Below are positions 16,576 to 25,064 of a stretch of DNA of 32,000 bases, in pieces; positions within the stretch are counted from its first letter, which is position 1; each line of letters opens with the position of its first letter. The DNA is from Ignicoccus pacificus DSM 13166 (GTDB lineage: Archaea; Thermoproteota; Thermoprotei_A; Sulfolobales; Ignicoccaceae). The notes under the pieces are model-generated. The model was not told where the DNA came from. It searched no databases and worked only from the letters and a program-made list of their open reading frames with translations. The stretch is taken from positions 150,001 to 182,000 of the forward strand of contig CP006868.1 in NCBI GenBank assembly GCA_025340205.1, read 5' to 3'. The translations under genes were made by a program, and so were the position numbers.

Positions 16576-18020
16576 AACATCTTCGCCGTTACCTTCCTCC
16601 AGACCCCCACCTTTGGGTCTTTCAGATAAACTATCCACCTTCGGTCCAACTCCGGAGGTATGGTGCCGTAAGTTATGAACAAGCCCCTTCCAGTCTTGAA
16701 TATCTCCCTTTCCACACTCTTAAACAACTTAACGCTCTCCTCCTCCATTCTCCAATAACCCTTTGACATAAAGGTGACTAGTTTGTGCACCCTTTTCCTT
16801 CTCAGTACCCTTTGAAGAATCTCCAGCATCCTAAAGGGATCCTTCGCTGTCTTACCTGTTAAGCTCACCGGCACCCTTTCCTCAAATCTTACGTGTTTAT
16901 CATCCCAAATTAGAACGGAAAGCTCATCGAAGTACCTTTTAACACCGCTTAGGACTCTGTTTACTTCATCAGGGTTCAAGTCGTTATCTATGATCCATAA
17001 GGACGAAAGTTTCGACTCGAAGAGTCTTAAAGCAGGTCCCTTCACCCTTCTGTTCTTCCTCCTCCTCAGTACTACCGATTGCGAGCTCCAATATCCCCAA
17101 TCGTACTCGAAGCTCCTTAGCTTTCCTCTCATGTGGAAGATCCAAGGCTTTGGGTATATCCTCCCCGAGCTGAGCTCCTTTCTCAAGAGCTCCAAGTTGA
17201 AGTTAAGCGTGGATGAGTTAAGCTCCGGGAACCTCTCTTGAGGAACCTCTGCCTTGGTCTCTGGGTAATTTATTAGGTCACTCTTGAAGGTCCCTAAAGA
17301 ACAATTGCTCAAGGGAAATGGTACGTGAGGAAGATTCCCAACGTTCAAATTGTGTGCTATAAGTTCTATGAGCTCGACGAGGGGAAGGTATATCTCGTTG
17401 AGCAACCTTTGCGCAGTTCTTGAGGTGTTGCGCGCCAAGCATCCCGAAGTCTCGAGCGTCTCCAAGACGCTGGGAAAGCTTACTTTGGTTACCTTCTTGA
17501 ACTTAAGTGCGCTGTTGAGTATTGAGAGTAAGTAGGAGTTACAGCTTCTATAAGCATACACCATCACCTTGAACACCATGTTTTCCGCTATGTCATTTGC
17601 TGCAATATCGTGAACCAAGTTTGTTATTTCATAACTTAAGAAGTCACCTAGAATAGTATCATCGACTATTTCGCCTACTATAATTGAGGCTATTCTATGG
17701 TACCTCGTGATATCCGCTATGTGGTGGCCTATCTCGTGGGCGGCGTTCCACCAAGTAATGACTCTGGCAGCACACTCCACGTATTCCTTTGGCATCCTTA
17801 TCGATTCGACCAGCTCCTCTATCTCTTGGTTCAATGCGGCTACGTTCACTATTATCGTTCGCGTGTATGGGCTGTAGGACATGGAAGCGAAGGAGGTTGA
17901 TCCACTCACGAACATTAAGCTAGGTAAGGATGACTTTTCAAATCCTAACAATATGAACGAGCCATAAACCTCGGAGATCCACCTCTTAATGTTCTCCACG
18001 GAGCAACAACCTTCCAGCAA
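16560..18020 (-). CDS. HExxH-containing protein with a C-terminal vWA-like domain (DUF2201/putative metallopeptidase + vWA type)
   Basis: NAAHEIGHHIADI zincin-like motif (17721-17738). The C-terminal SLWIIDNDLNPDEVNRVLSGVKRYFDELSVLIWDD...HKLVTFMSKG...GRGLFITYG has Rossmann/vWA-like layout with a degenerate MIDAS. The start is uncertain: TTG 18020 or a downstream GTG. Confidence 0.55.
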   Translation of the reverse strand: MLEGCCSVENIKRWISEVYGSFILLGFEKSSLPSLMFVSGSTSFASMSYSPYTRTIIVNVAALNQEIEELVESIRMPKEYVECAARVITWWNAAHEIGHHIADITRYHRIASIIVGEIVDDTILGDFLSYEITNLVHDIAANDIAENMVFKVMVYAYRSCNSYLLSILNSALKFKKVTKVSFPSVLETLETSGCLARNTSRTAQRLLNEIYLPLVELIELIAHNLNVGNLPHVPFPLSNCSLGTFKSDLINYPETKAEVPQERFPELNSSTLNFNLELLRKELSSGRIYPKPWIFHMRGKLRSFEYDWGYWSSQSVVLRRRKNRRVKGPALRLFESKLSSLWIIDNDLNPDEVNRVLSGVKRYFDELSVLIWDDKHVRFEERVPVSLTGKTAKDPFRMLEILQRVLRRKRVHKLVTFMSKGYWRMEEESVKLFKSVEREIFKTGRGLFITYGTIPPELDRRWIVYLKDPKVGVWRKVTAKMLWSQY

Positions 18021-18062
18021 AATTTCGTACCTTTAGGAGGTTATCGGAGCCCCATATTTACT

Positions 18063-18069
18063 ATTTAAG
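18063..18069 (+). promoter_or_regulatory. TATA-box-like element (ATTTAAG) for the MoxR-like gene
   Basis: About 33-39 nt upstream of the ATG at 18102, consistent with a near-leaderless transcript. Confidence 0.35.
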
Positions 18070-18101
18070 TATTCTTTAGACTTCTCTATTGTTGGGCAAA
18101 A

Positions 18102-19730
18102 ATGAGTGCCATCACAGCACGAGTAAAGAAAGTGGAGTTCGAGGAAATGGAAAAAGTTCTCTCAGATCACTTCCTAGAGTACATACTCTGGGATCGCCGG
18201 AGAAGGTTGAGGGCTTCTAGAAGCATTTTCTTACTAGGGAGCATTGGAATAGGAAAGAACGGAGTCGTGAGGAGCGCCCTTAAGAACGTCATCAGAGGGA
18301 TGGTAAGTTTCGTGAAGGAGGTGAAAGGGGAGGTACCGCCGCACGTAAGAAGATATGCCACCTGCATCACGCAAGAATGCCAAATAACGAAATTAAAATT
18401 AATGAGAAGGAAGGATGATGCTAAAATAATGAGGATGGTCGAAGGAATATTGGACGCTTTAGATCTTAGTAATTGTCCAGAATGTCAAGAGGTAAGCGAC
18501 GAGGGAATACTGATCTTCACCTCCTCTCTTGATCTAGAGCTTTACAAAAACAGGATAGTGTTAGTTGAACACGCCATACCTTCTTCCACGCCCGAGGAGT
18601 TAACGGGGCTTAGAGACCTTTCCAAGGATTACAGCAAGCAGTCGCCTCCCGAGTGGGCAGTCGCTCTTAGGCATGCTAGGTTTGGAGTGCTCGTGCTTAA
18701 TGACATAAACTACAAGTGCCCCGAAGCGGTGAGATTAGCGCTCAACTCCATATCAAACGAAAAGAGGGCCGGGGAGTACGAGTTCGATAAACCCGTAGTG
18801 CTGACAGCAAACATCGAGGAGGACTTAGATGAGTACATCGAGAGCATACAACTAGCATTGGCCAATAGGGCCGAGATATACCACATGACGCCACCTAAAA
18901 TACTGACTTGGATGAAGTACATGAATAGCACACATAGGGATAACTGGCTGACTTCAATAGGTTCCTTTCTCCTTCTCACATCCTCTTACGGCATCTTCCA
19001 AGATGACAGGTACATTGACGATGTATTCGTATCAATACCAGACGAGAACTCCTTACAAGCTCCGACCCTCCGCAACTTTCCAACCCCTAGAAGCTGGGAA
19101 ACGGTAGCTTGTCACGCAAAGGAGTATAAGGAGGACTACGAGTACTTCCTAAATATCGGTAACAGTCGCTTCGCTTGTGGAGAATTGAAGAAACTGAACG
19201 AAAGGGCGTATTCCTTACTCGGATCAGAGAGTCTGGCATTGAGCGTGGTAGCTCTGGTCTCATCAAGGAGGCTGAACGACGCCCTCTTCAGATCGGGGAT
19301 ATCGAGGGTAGCTCGCGTGGGCAGATGGGAGATCGAGGATGCCATGCAATTGATAAATGGGATCATAGATTTCATAGAGCACCTTGATGATGAGATACCT
19401 TGTCATATAATACCCCCAGGAGGTAAGAACTTATTGATATCAGTACTGATAATAAATCCATTCCACAGAGCGCTAAACGTCCTTGAGAAGAAGCTGGATC
19501 CGATAAAGAGTTCGGGAAGGCCCAGCGACCTATGCAGGAAAATAATTACTCTACTGGAGAACGGGGAGCCCGCCACTACCTTCCTGAGCTCCTTGCTTAG
19601 GGCGTTGCAGAGAGATGGAGAAGTAGTAATCGATATTAAAGATCAAATAGTGGACGAAATCAAGAGAAGGCTGAGTAGGGAACCAGAGGAGGAAGAGAAG
19701 CTGCTCCCATGTTTACTTTCCGGACCGTAG
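18102..19730 (+). CDS. Degenerate MoxR-like AAA+ ATPase with a Cys-containing insertion
   Basis: P-loop-like GSIGIGKN (18237-18260); FGVLVLNDIN at the Walker B position (18681-18710); VVLTANIEED sensor-1-like segment; ALANRAEIYHM arginine-finger-like segment; CX4C...CX2C insertion. Confidence 0.65.
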   Translation: MSAITARVKKVEFEEMEKVLSDHFLEYILWDRRRRLRASRSIFLLGSIGIGKNGVVRSALKNVIRGMVSFVKEVKGEVPPHVRRYATCITQECQITKLKLMRRKDDAKIMRMVEGILDALDLSNCPECQEVSDEGILIFTSSLDLELYKNRIVLVEHAIPSSTPEELTGLRDLSKDYSKQSPPEWAVALRHARFGVLVLNDINYKCPEAVRLALNSISNEKRAGEYEFDKPVVLTANIEEDLDEYIESIQLALANRAEIYHMTPPKILTWMKYMNSTHRDNWLTSIGSFLLLTSSYGIFQDDRYIDDVFVSIPDENSLQAPTLRNFPTPRSWETVACHAKEYKEDYEYFLNIGNSRFACGELKKLNERAYSLLGSESLALSVVALVSSRRLNDALFRSGISRVARVGRWEIEDAMQLINGIIDFIEHLDDEIPCHIIPPGGKNLLISVLIINPFHRALNVLEKKLDPIKSSGRPSDLCRKIITLLENGEPATTFLSSLLRALQRDGEVVIDIKDQIVDEIKRRLSREPEEEEKLLPCLLSGP

Positions 19731-21250
19731 GGGGAGTGCCCTTGAAGGTGACGAGAAAAGTCGTTTTGCTGGAGGACGATTACTTGGTCCTCATAGGTTA
19801 TCCGTATAAAGAGAATGTCCTCCACAAATCGGGGGAGGTGGAGAAGGTAGTATTAAATGTGCAGAATGGAAGAATAGAGATACTTGGTTCTGAGAAAAGC
19901 ATCAAGATGGTATCCGACCTCATCGATTTGGAAATAAAGGAAAGGTTGGAATATGTCATAACGGAGCTCCTAAGGGTCCTGAAGTCGCGATACAAAAGCG
20001 TGTTTAAGCTGGTAATGGGCGACGAGAGGAAGATCTCCTTCTATGCTTTCTGGAAAGGGAGGCCCTTGGAGGTAGACGCCGCTAAGGTTCCTCCGCTCAG
20101 GATACATCCAGCGATAACGTACATAACAATAGAAGGAGTCTATATGGACAGCTACGAGTCGATTAAAGTAGGAAACCTCGAGGTCCTCAACAGAAAGCTT
20201 TCGTATAAGAGTATATTCCGAGGACTCTTAGCCCTAGTAGGTAAGGGAGAGAGCAGAACCGCTTTCTACCTAAACCCAGCCGTTCTCATGTCCCACCCTA
20301 CGGTGAGGGAGTGCTCCAAGTATGCTATGGAACCCCCTAGTGCTATCCCTACGGCTGATGAAGAGATAAACCCCAACGAAACCCTTCTCACTAACCTCGA
20401 GTTGGTAGGGCTTACCTCAAACAACGTCAATAAGGTTATAGTACTAAGAGAGGGTTACATAATGGTTGGAAAGAGAACGATTGGACTCTATGATGAGAAG
20501 GGAAGGTACAAGAAGACTTGTGATGCAATATTGGCTTACGGCGGCCTCGAGTGTATCTGTCGAAGAGGAGATGAACTCCTCTGGACCGATGGTTCTAAAG
20601 ATAGAATAATCCCCTTAAAGGGAAGGAGATATGCCGTGGGAGATGGAAGGGTGTTAGCATGCAGGGAAAGGGACTGTTTCACTTGGCCTACAGAGCTGAG
20701 GCTCAAGGTAAGGGGTGCCCCCCTCCCATTTATTATAGATAGGATCGCCTACTTCATAAACGTTAACGGTAATGGGTACAAGCTGAAAGCGGTAGACATG
20801 ATAACTGGAGATGAGTTGGGTATTCGAGAGTTCCCGAAGAAGACGATGTTTATAAAAGCGTCGAAGAACCTGATAACTGTCACAAAAGGGGAGAACAGAC
20901 TGTTCAGAGTGTTCAATAAGAAGCTAGAGGAAATAGAGAGTAAAACGTTAGACGAATTCGACCTAAACTCTTTCACATTGCCGTACTTCAGCGAGGAAGT
21001 TGGCTTCTTGCTGAGTAAGCTGAGCTACAACGAGACGGCGGTCTACGTCTTCAATCCTTCATCACCAAATGCAGATCAACTGATAATATTGCCTCATGGT
21101 CCTTGGTCTATCTCAGCAAAGGGTAACAGGATATACATCTTCAATGATCAGAAGCTTTACGAAGGTAGGTTGGACCCAGTTGAGGTGAAGGAGGTAACCA
21201 AGGAAGTCCTCCAGATAAGTTGGAAGTGCCCAATTCGTCCCTCCTACTAA
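19709..21250 (+). CDS. Beta-propeller-like protein, third component of the MoxR/vWA locus (start may be the GTG near 19734)
   Basis: Recurrent short beta-strand units (KVIVLREGYIMVGKRTIGLYDEKGR; YAVGDGRVLACRERD; KNLITVTKGENRLFRVFNKK; SISAKGNRIYIFNDQKLYEGRL) suggest propeller blades; overlaps the 3' end of the AAA+ gene. Confidence 0.5.
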   Translation: MFTFRTVGGVPLKVTRKVVLLEDDYLVLIGYPYKENVLHKSGEVEKVVLNVQNGRIEILGSEKSIKMVSDLIDLEIKERLEYVITELLRVLKSRYKSVFKLVMGDERKISFYAFWKGRPLEVDAAKVPPLRIHPAITYITIEGVYMDSYESIKVGNLEVLNRKLSYKSIFRGLLALVGKGESRTAFYLNPAVLMSHPTVRECSKYAMEPPSAIPTADEEINPNETLLTNLELVGLTSNNVNKVIVLREGYIMVGKRTIGLYDEKGRYKKTCDAILAYGGLECICRRGDELLWTDGSKDRIIPLKGRRYAVGDGRVLACRERDCFTWPTELRLKVRGAPLPFIIDRIAYFINVNGNGYKLKAVDMITGDELGIREFPKKTMFIKASKNLITVTKGENRLFRVFNKKLEEIESKTLDEFDLNSFTLPYFSEEVGFLLSKLSYNETAVYVFNPSSPNADQLIILPHGPWSISAKGNRIYIFNDQKLYEGRLDPVEVKEVTKEVLQISWKCPIRPSY

Positions 21251-22107
21251 TATATTCTGTTCCATTATCATATGCGTGGAGAGCCTTGATAGATCCGGAG
21301 AAACAACTCAAATATTTGGCCCGATTGGGCTGGATAAAGGTCGTTGACGCAAGGGATCCCTTGTGGAAGGCGATCGAAATAATGGCGGAGAACAGGATAA
21401 GGCACGTCCCTGTCGTCTCCGCTAACAAGCTCATAGGTATGCTTTCTGTAAAGGACGTGCTCCAAGTGCTCGAAGCGCTCAATGCGAATGAGCTTCTTAA
21501 GCAAGAGGTAAGCAAGTTCATGAGCGGAAGAGTAATAGCGGCCTCTCCAGAAGAACCCTTGTGGAGAGCCCTCTCCATAATGGCCGAGGCTGACGTTGGT
21601 GCCTTACCCATAGTGAATGACGAGGATGAGGTGATTGGGATATTTACGGAGAGAGACGTAGTTAGAGACGTAGCTCCCGAGCTCAGCTGGGAGGGAGAGG
21701 TCGAGAGATTGGCTAACGAGAGGCCTAGGACGGTGGAGCCCACTGCGACCATCCTGGATGCCGTAAGTATAATGAATGAGCTAAAGATAAGACACTTACC
21801 GATAACCGAGAGAAAGACCCTCAAAGGCCTAGTGAGTGCTTTGAGTATTATGTCTTTCCTAAAGAACAACTTGAAGGATGTTCTTAAGAGCACTGAAATA
21901 CTCAGCGAGCCGGTCACCAGAGCCCAAGACGCATTGACCTACGTTCCCGAAAACACGCCGCTCTCCGAGGCGATAAACGCCTTAGGAAGGTCTGCCACTG
22001 ATGCGTTACTGGTCGTCGGTGAAGACATGGAACTGAAAGGGATCATGACGGATAGGGACGTACTTAGGGAGACCGCTCGCATATTGGAGAAACTCGAGAG
22101 ACCATAA
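21220..22107 (+). CDS. CBS-domain protein with four CBS repeats
   Basis: Repeated units: LWKAIEIMAENRIRHVPVVSANKLIGMLSVKDVL; LWRALSIMAEADVGALPIVNDEDEVIGIFTERDVV; ILDAVSIMNELKIRHLPITERKTLKGLVSALSIM; LSEAINALGRSATDALLVVGEDMELKGIMTDRDVL. The true start may lie downstream of 21220, e.g. a TTG at LIDPEKQ. Confidence 0.85.
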   Translation: MEVPNSSLLLIYSVPLSYAWRALIDPEKQLKYLARLGWIKVVDARDPLWKAIEIMAENRIRHVPVVSANKLIGMLSVKDVLQVLEALNANELLKQEVSKFMSGRVIAASPEEPLWRALSIMAEADVGALPIVNDEDEVIGIFTERDVVRDVAPELSWEGEVERLANERPRTVEPTATILDAVSIMNELKIRHLPITERKTLKGLVSALSIMSFLKNNLKDVLKSTEILSEPVTRAQDALTYVPENTPLSEAINALGRSATDALLVVGEDMELKGIMTDRDVLRETARILEKLERP

Positions 22108-22157
22108 GATAAATAGGGGATTTCTTGGTCTACTCCTCCAGGGAGGATCACGAGCCT

Positions 22158-23312
22158 ATGTTAGACAAGCCCTTCGTGGCGAAGTACAAACCTATTCCGA
22201 TAAAGACCTTGCTTAAGAACATGCAAGACGAAGCGAGCATAGCTCTTGACATGTCCTTCTATTCCCTCATTTACGGAGACGTGGACGTCGCGCAGGAAGT
22301 AGAGAAAATAGACGAGAAGGTGGATGAGGAATTCAACTTGCTAGCGATCCAACTGATGCTAGCTGCGAGAGATCCTGACGACGCCGAGAAGCTCTTGCCC
22401 GCCCTCCGCTTGGGGATAGCTATAGATCAAGTGGTTGAAGCATCTTCCGACATAGCGATAACTGTAATCAAGGGATACAAGGCGGGAAGTGTAGTTAAGG
22501 CAGCTCTTGAAATAACTGAAGAGATATACTTGAAGGTTGTGATAGATGAGAGGTACGATGGAATAACTATCGAGAAGTTCAAGGAGCAGTTCGGAGCGGT
22601 CGACGTAATTGCTGTCAGAAGCAGTGGCGTCCTAGTGGTTAACCCTCCCGATGATCTTACATTAAAGAAAGGTGACGTTCTAGTGGTGAGGGGAGATAGA
22701 GACGACGTCATGAGGGTGGCTAAGGCCTTTAACATAGATTTAGTAATACCTAGCGATCAGTTCAGCCCCGAGGTCAAGGAGGTCGCGTCGAGATTAGCCT
22801 TACTCAAAAACTTATCTGAAATAGCCTTCGATCTAGCTGTATACTCCTTGTTGTATCAAGATTACATAGCTGCGGAGGAAGTGCTAGAGCTGGAGTCCTT
22901 CATAGACGATGAGTCCGCTAAGTTAGAGATGGAAGTAATGAAACATACTAAGGATCCTCAAGAGATGTACGTGGCCACGGTCCTCATTAGAAGCCTTGAG
23001 AAGGTATCAGACGCGGCAACCAACATAGCGCAGCTCAGCCTCTCGAAGAACGAAGTTCATCCAATCCTAAGGAAGATTAAGGAAGAAAGTGAGGAGAAGG
23101 TAATAGTCATTTTAATAAAAGGTGACTGCGACATAACGCTAAAGGAATTAGAGGATAAGATAAATGGAAACGTCATAGCGATATACGTAGAAGGGACGTG
23201 GATACCGTTACCTAACCTGGGCACAAAACTGAAGAAAGGGATGAAGGTTCTGGCGAAGATTTACGAGGAACTGGAAGAGTTGGACCTCCCTTGTCCGGTA
23301 GAGGTGCGCTAG
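22158..23312 (+). CDS. PhoU/TrkA_C-domain protein, probable ion transport regulator
   Basis: PhoU-like helices, then a TrkA_C-like segment (FKEQFGAVDVIAVRSSGVLVVNPPDDLTLKKGDVLVVRGDRDDVMRVAKAF), then a second PhoU-like and weaker TrkA_C-like unit. The start is revised from 22125 to the ATG at 22158, with GGAGG upstream. Confidence 0.75.
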   Translation: MLDKPFVAKYKPIPIKTLLKNMQDEASIALDMSFYSLIYGDVDVAQEVEKIDEKVDEEFNLLAIQLMLAARDPDDAEKLLPALRLGIAIDQVVEASSDIAITVIKGYKAGSVVKAALEITEEIYLKVVIDERYDGITIEKFKEQFGAVDVIAVRSSGVLVVNPPDDLTLKKGDVLVVRGDRDDVMRVAKAFNIDLVIPSDQFSPEVKEVASRLALLKNLSEIAFDLAVYSLLYQDYIAAEEVLELESFIDDESAKLEMEVMKHTKDPQEMYVATVLIRSLEKVSDAATNIAQLSLSKNEVHPILRKIKEESEEKVIVILIKGDCDITLKELEDKINGNVIAIYVEGTWIPLPNLGTKLKKGMKVLAKIYEELEELDLPCPVEVR

Positions 23313-24103
23313 TACCTCTTCCCCACCAATATTATCCTTGGAGATAAGGGCTTGAAGGGAGATCCCTCCCAATCCCCTACGGCTTCTACGGGCTCCCAAC
23401 CGCTTTCCTTGTAGAGTTTCGCTAGCTCGTGCAACGAGTACAATCTGAACTGGAGGGGCATCTCCGCTACCTTCTCCAATCCCTTTATGTCTTTCTGGTA
23501 AACGCTTACCTTGCTCCTCTCCATGCTACTCCACGGATCATACTTGGACTCTGCAATCATTACGTAGTCTCCAAATTCCATGGTCCAAGCGAAGTTCTCT
23601 TGGTAATTCCTAGCCTTTAGGACGCTATCTCTATTCTCAACATCTATTAACAAAACGGCATCGCTCTTTGCTACCCAAGCGAAACCTCTCAGAATTGACT
23701 TGTCTATTTCATCTCCGTAAAAGCCGAAGCTGGAATACCAAGAGACTATTCCGTCGAACCTCACGTCCTTCACTACCTCTTGCACCCTCCTTAGGTCCCC
23801 TACCACGCATCTGGCCTTGTCCTCTACGCCAGCTCTCGCTATCCTCTCGTTCGCCTTTTCTACGAACTTAGGGGATATGTCTATTCCGAGGACGTCGTAA
23901 CCCAGCTCGGCTAAGGCTATGGTTATCCTACCTATTCCACAACCGGCATCGAGAATCAAGCCCTTTCTGATTCCATATTTCTTCAAGAGTTTAGATATGA
24001 GCGCTGCTTGAGTGGCAGTACTGTGCCACACGGAAGGCGGCTCCGCCAGAAGGGCGGAGTAGCTGAACCAACGAGTCCAAGTCTCTAGGGACCAATCTTC
24101 CAA
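23309..24103 (-). CDS. Class I SAM-dependent methyltransferase
   Basis: LILDAGCGIGRITIALAELGYDVLGIDISPKFVEKA followed by CVVGDLRRV. Confidence 0.85.
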   Translation of the reverse strand: MEDWSLETWTRWFSYSALLAEPPSVWHSTATQAALISKLLKKYGIRKGLILDAGCGIGRITIALAELGYDVLGIDISPKFVEKANERIARAGVEDKARCVVGDLRRVQEVVKDVRFDGIVSWYSSFGFYGDEIDKSILRGFAWVAKSDAVLLIDVENRDSVLKARNYQENFAWTMEFGDYVMIAESKYDPWSSMERSKVSVYQKDIKGLEKVAEMPLQFRLYSLHELAKLYKESGWEPVEAVGDWEGSPFKPLSPRIILVGKRY

Positions 24104-24151
24104 GACTTTCTGACCCTGATAGGGAAGGAATAGCTACCAAATAGCTTTGAG

Positions 24152-25024
24152 CTAAGGGATGAGTTTAGTGAGAGGAGCCCCTCCCACCAGTAACCCTACT
24201 ATCAAGCTCGTATTCAAGCTCCTCCTCGCGGCTTCTTCAGGGTTTACCTCAGCCATCCCGAAGAGCTTAGAGTGAAGGAAAAGGCCAGCTGCTGACATAC
24301 TAGACCCTAAGATGTTTAGCTTGTAAAGGCTTACGGAGTAAACTATCGCTATGGCAAATATCAGCGCTGTAATTTCAGCTATCCTTATCGCCCTCTTGAT
24401 CCCAAAGTCGGCGGGAAGACTGTGTAGACCCATGGATCTGTCGAAGTCGATGTCTAAGATAGCGTAAAGGGCGTCGAAGGAAGCTACCCAAGCGGAAACA
24501 GCTACGACGTAGGTCCAAGGCACTCTTAGCAATGCCGAGATCAAGTTGGGGGCGTCGCCGCTTACCGCAATGGCTCCACCTATTACTGCCCCTCCTAATA
24601 TCGCTCCAAGCCAGAAGTGTGCTATTGGCACGTATCTCTTCAGAAAGGGATAAACGGTCGCCAAGATCGGGAATATGGGGCTCAGTATGAAAGCATACTT
24701 GTTTAGCAAGTATGCAGATATGAAGTAAATAGCTAGTGAAGCTGCGGCTAACCCTAGTGCCTCTCCCTTGCTTACCCTCCCGCTAGGTATGGGTCTGTTG
24801 GCCGTTCTAGGGTTAGCCTTGTCTATCTCTGCATCAACCAAGTTGTTTATTATTAAAGAGTACGATCTTATTCCGAAGAGAGCAGTGAAGATTAATATGA
24901 CCTCCTTGAGAGTGGGTATCCTTACTAGGACGGCTCCGGAGTAGGCGAAGGGGAGGCTGAAGAGGGTGTGCTCTATCCTTATCAGCTCGGCGTAGTCCTT
25001 CAACTTCAACGAGCTTCTTCCCAT
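24152..25024 (-). CDS. UbiA-family prenyltransferase
   Basis: Two Asp-rich motifs, NNLVDAEIDKANPRTANRPIPSG and YAILDIDFDRSMGLHSLP, in a polytopic membrane protein. Confidence 0.85.
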   Translation of the reverse strand: MGRSSLKLKDYAELIRIEHTLFSLPFAYSGAVLVRIPTLKEVILIFTALFGIRSYSLIINNLVDAEIDKANPRTANRPIPSGRVSKGEALGLAAASLAIYFISAYLLNKYAFILSPIFPILATVYPFLKRYVPIAHFWLGAILGGAVIGGAIAVSGDAPNLISALLRVPWTYVVAVSAWVASFDALYAILDIDFDRSMGLHSLPADFGIKRAIRIAEITALIFAIAIVYSVSLYKLNILGSSMSAAGLFLHSKLFGMAEVNPEEAARRSLNTSLIVGLLVGGAPLTKLIP

Positions 25025-25064
25025 TCAAAGGGAGAAATGCGAGGAATAAATCGTTCAAGTGAGC

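Noticed and set aside
21141-21917. 258-aa minus-strand ORF in the track
   Set aside because: Antisense to the propeller 3' end and CBS gene; very Ser/Thr/Leu-rich low-complexity translation typical of shadow ORFs; CBS repeats on the plus strand are unambiguous.
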